Assembly: GCA_045159875.1 (NCBI GenBank)
Contig: CP067995.1
Coordinates: 1,152,001 to 1,216,000, forward strand
DNA: 64,000 nt
Source: a cyanobacterium endosymbiont of Rhopalodia gibba
GTDB taxonomy: Bacteria > Cyanobacteriota > Cyanobacteriia > Cyanobacteriales > Microcystaceae
Direction of reading: 5' to 3'
Shown: one piece after another, positions 60,884-64,000 of the stretch
Layout: every line of letters begins with the position of its first letter
Numbering within the stretch: position 1 is the stretch's first letter
The notes under the pieces: model-generated
The model's input: only the letters and a program-made list of their open reading frames with translations
Database searches by the model: none
What the model was told of the DNA's origin: nothing
Program-made: the position numbers and the translations under genes

Positions 60884-60984
60884 TTTTGACCAAATTTTCA
60901 AGATTTTAAAATTATGAATATCTGACATTCGTTTTAATTTTTCCTCTGAACTGTTTCCTGTTCTCGATTCCTAACTATCAGTTT

Positions 60985-61290
60985 ATTATCTTAAGTTCTG
61001 TAGAACTTATGTTAGTTTTTAAAAACTTAACTCTTCTGTGAGTTTATTTCCATATGAATTAAATCTTATTTGAGGATAATTAATCTTGAAATAGACTGCT
61101 TTTTCTGCCCAATGGAAATCTCTCATAGTTAATTATTGTGATAAAGATTTTTAATAGTTGAAACACAATAAATCTAAGTTGATATTTTGTTTATTGTTCA
61201 AAAAATTAAATTACTTTTAAGGTTTTAAAAATCTAACTATTATCAATGATGAATCTCTATAATTATATGCTTTATTCAAATAAATTAAAA
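60985..61290 (-). mobile_element. ISL3 relic, copy 3
   Basis: cttaactcttctgtgagtttatttcc and tagactgctttttctgcccaatggaaatctctcatagttaatt match the reverse complement of copy 1; ends approximate. Confidence 0.75.
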
Positions 61291-61399
61291 AATTAAAAAG
61301 TTAAAAAGTTAAAAAGTTAAAAAAATGAAGTAGTGCTACATAGATATTTACACTAAAATCATAACTACTAACAATAGAACTAATCAAACAACTCAACAA

Positions 61400-61680
61400 C
61401 TTATAGAGAATTTTTAAGTTAATCATAGTTTTGTTGATAATCGTTTACCTAGAGATTAGGAAATCATAAAAAGTATAAAAACATTTTCTTATAGCTGATA
61501 GACAGTCTCTTTAATCGAGGTAGAATAACTTGATATCGTATTAAAATTTATCGAACAAGATAACGATACTATTCTGCCGGAACTGAGTATTCGCTTACAC
61601 AAAAAATAGGTGTTATAGTTAGTATTTCTACCATGTATCGTTTTAACACAAAAATTACTTAACCTTAAAAAATAGCTATT
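61400..61680 (+). mobile_element. IS630-family HTH relic (different subgroup from copies A and B)
   Basis: IVLKFIEQDNDTILPELSIRL / IGVIVSISTMYRF resembles NDATLEEL...GVxVSRSTM; ends approximate. Confidence 0.6.
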
Positions 61681-62035
61681 AACTTTTTTAGTTATAAAAA
61701 CAATAGTATTTATTTGAATTATTTTTTATATCTAATCTAAACTTTCTGCAAAACAAGCTAATAAAAAAAAATAATAGTTTTACAACTTAAATTCTTTAAA
61801 ATTTTAATAAATAACTGAATCAAATAAAAAATTTTTATTTATAATTTATAAGACAAAGTTCCAATAAGTTTATTTTAAGTGTTGGCGAACAGTGATTATG
61901 AATAATTTTGAGTAGCAACTTTAGGTTTTGCACTTAGTTAAAATTATTGTTTTTGTGTTATCTTAATAGATAAGACTTTTGCTCCTTTATTAGTCCATAA
62001 GTAATCCTATCATTGATGCCAAATCCATTATTGTA

Positions 62036-62093
62036 ATTACCAGAATCTAACTTAATTATCTCCCTTAGAGAGATGAAGTTAGATTCTGGTAAT
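62036..62093. repeat. Inverted repeat, 18-bp perfect arms with partly paired interior
   Basis: attaccagaatctaactt...aagttagattctggtaat; inner atctc/gagat. Confidence 0.92.
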
Positions 62094-62244
62094 CTTAAAA
62101 GTTAATAAAGTACAAAATCTTTTGTCTTAAAACCAATTAAAATATCAATAATAACTATTGATTACAAAAACGATTGGTTTCAATCTTTAAAATTCAACGG
62201 TTGTCCTCACCGGAAAAAAATACAGTTATATTAAATAACCCAAG

Positions 62245-62880
62245 ATGTTTTCCTCCACTAATGCCATTCCAGTAAATAACATTCGGTACAATGAACAAGG
62301 ATTAGTCCCTGTGATCACCCAGGATTATTTGGATGGAACAGTTTTAATGATGGCTTGGATGAACAGAGAGTCTTTACAAAAAACTTTAGTAACAGGAGAA
62401 ACATGGTATTGGAGTCGCTCTCGACAGGAATTATGGCATAAAGGGATGACCTCTGGACATATTCAAAAGGTTAAAGAAATTCGCTATGACTGCGATAGTG
62501 ATGCCTTATTAATTACGGTGGAACAACTTGGAAATATTGCTTGTCACACGGGGGAAAGAAGCTGTTTTCACCAATTAGACAGTCGGAAGGTAGCTCCCCC
62601 AGCTGATACCTTATCGGGGGTGTTTGAAGTAATCTGTAACCGTCGAGATCATCCTGTTAAGGAATCGTATACCTGCAGTTTATTAGAGGGAAGAGACAAT
62701 AAAATTCTCAAAAAAATAGGAGAAGAATCAGCCGAAGTAATAATGGCTTGTAAGGATGACGATCCGGAGGCAATTGCCTCTGAAGTAGCTGATTTGTTCT
62801 ATCATACTTTGGTGGCTTTATCTTATCATAAAGTTGATATTAAAGACGTTTATCGGAAGTTACAAGACAGAAGGCGATAA
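62245..62880 (+). CDS. hisIE: Bifunctional phosphoribosyl-AMP cyclohydrolase / phosphoribosyl-ATP pyrophosphatase
   Basis: [37 protein letters not shown]. Confidence 0.97.
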   Translation: MFSSTNAIPVNNIRYNEQGLVPVITQDYLDGTVLMMAWMNRESLQKTLVTGETWYWSRSRQELWHKGMTSGHIQKVKEIRYDCDSDALLITVEQLGNIACHTGERSCFHQLDSRKVAPPADTLSGVFEVICNRRDHPVKESYTCSLLEGRDNKILKKIGEESAEVIMACKDDDPEAIASEVADLFYHTLVALSYHKVDIKDVYRKLQDRRR

Positions 62881-62892
62881 AATTCAGAAATG

Positions 62893-64000
62893 TATTCCTG
62901 CCAAACCTGTAATGTAAAAATCTAAAATATAAAGAGAAAGTTTGAGTGTCAATCAAAGGCTTGTCCGAAGGTATGTTATTGGACATAATTGTTGTATAGC
63001 TGATAATACGACTAGTTTTGTATTCAAATTAAATTATATTGGGCTCGATGTTTTCATTTTATTGATACCTACAGTATCAAATACTTAAATTACTTTAATG
63101 AATTAAACTCTAAATTTAGAAGGGTTTCCAATTACCCACTATCAGGTTTTAAATGAAATAGTAATAATTGAATATATCGAAAAATATGATAGATTTACCT
63201 TGGACAGAGAGAGCTGTCTATTTCAGAATTGATATTCGTTAAATGAGATCTGATCAATATAGAAATAAATTCATACAAGAGTTAAGTTTTAAAAAAAAGA
63301 AAAGAACATATGCTGGAATATTCCAGATAAACATAAAGGAAGTTAAGGAAGTTATTGTATAGTGTTAGCAAATTTCTATAAAGAAGTGAGCCTAAGAATC
63401 ATATGAACTGTAACATCCAAAGAAATACTAGAATAGCTAAGCTAAAAGCTTGAAGAGAATGTTTTGACTAAAATCGAATAGGTTAGTATAGACCTTAGTA
63501 AATATTATAATATAAAACTGTTGTGAATAAACTAATCCCAGAAACTGAGATGATGGTAGATAGTTTTCATATGATGAAATAAGTTGATGCTCAATTTAGG
63601 TAGTCAAAGAAACCCTCTTAAAGCAAAAGCTAAATAGCTTGACAACACTAATCACAAATAAGAAATATTTTAATATTTTTCTTAAAAAGTATATTGATTA
63701 CTAAGAAAAAGAAGATTTTAGCAAAGAAGAAAAAAGCTAAATTAATTAGGTATATAAAACACGATTTATCTTTTCAAAAAAACATGAACTTGAAGAGTGT
63801 TTTAGAATGTTTTAGAAAAAAATAAATACTGTATATCAGGACTATTAAAATTAGATGATTAATATTTAAAAACTGTGGAATAACTAGGCTTAGATAAGGA
63901 AAAATAGTCCATATTTTTCCTAGTTAACTACTTAACAAAAAGTAAGAGGTGTTAATAGCAAATTGAAGTTGATTGAAAGGAAAGCTTATGGATTCAAAAA
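62893..64000 (+). mobile_element. ISL3 relic, copy 4 (near full length, pseudogenised, runs off window)
   Basis: Leader aaacctgtaatgtaaaaa and gggctcgatgttttca match copy 1; 3' end reads GVNSKLKLIERKAYGFK, the ISL3 C-terminal motif. Confidence 0.85.

Overview
AT-rich chromosome segment of a unicellular cyanobacterium undergoing strong genome reduction. About 30 intact housekeeping genes (plsY, rnc, purB, accB, efp, pyrG, ccsA, pepA, btpA, sphR/sphS, bioU, carB, guaB3, truB, tsaB, argD, hisIE and others) are separated by long decayed spacers. In those spacers I could translate by hand pseudogenes of DUF3119, an alpha/beta hydrolase, an OMP decarboxylase (probably the bifunctional PyrF/PyrE), a pentapeptide-repeat protein, asparagine synthase, a two-domain glutaminase, a SAM methyltransferase, endonuclease V, a TolB-like protein and a PLP aminotransferase. 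The spacers also hold relics of ISL3 (4 copies), IS630 (3) and IS982 (1). This pattern fits a host-restricted endosymbiont such as a rhopalodiacean diatom spheroid body; that assignment is inference. The most unusual signals are: (i) many perfect or near-perfect palindromes of mutually unrelated sequence (up to 68 bp) in decaying DNA, including one case where IS paralogues suggest a quasi-palindrome was perfected; (ii) position-specific C>T erosion of HIP1 octamers; (iii) an open ISL3 N-terminal domain on an otherwise decayed element; (iv) concerted decay of an amide-nitrogen gene cluster. No rRNA, tRNA or CRISPR array was recognised. All family assignments are from recalled motifs, not database searches.
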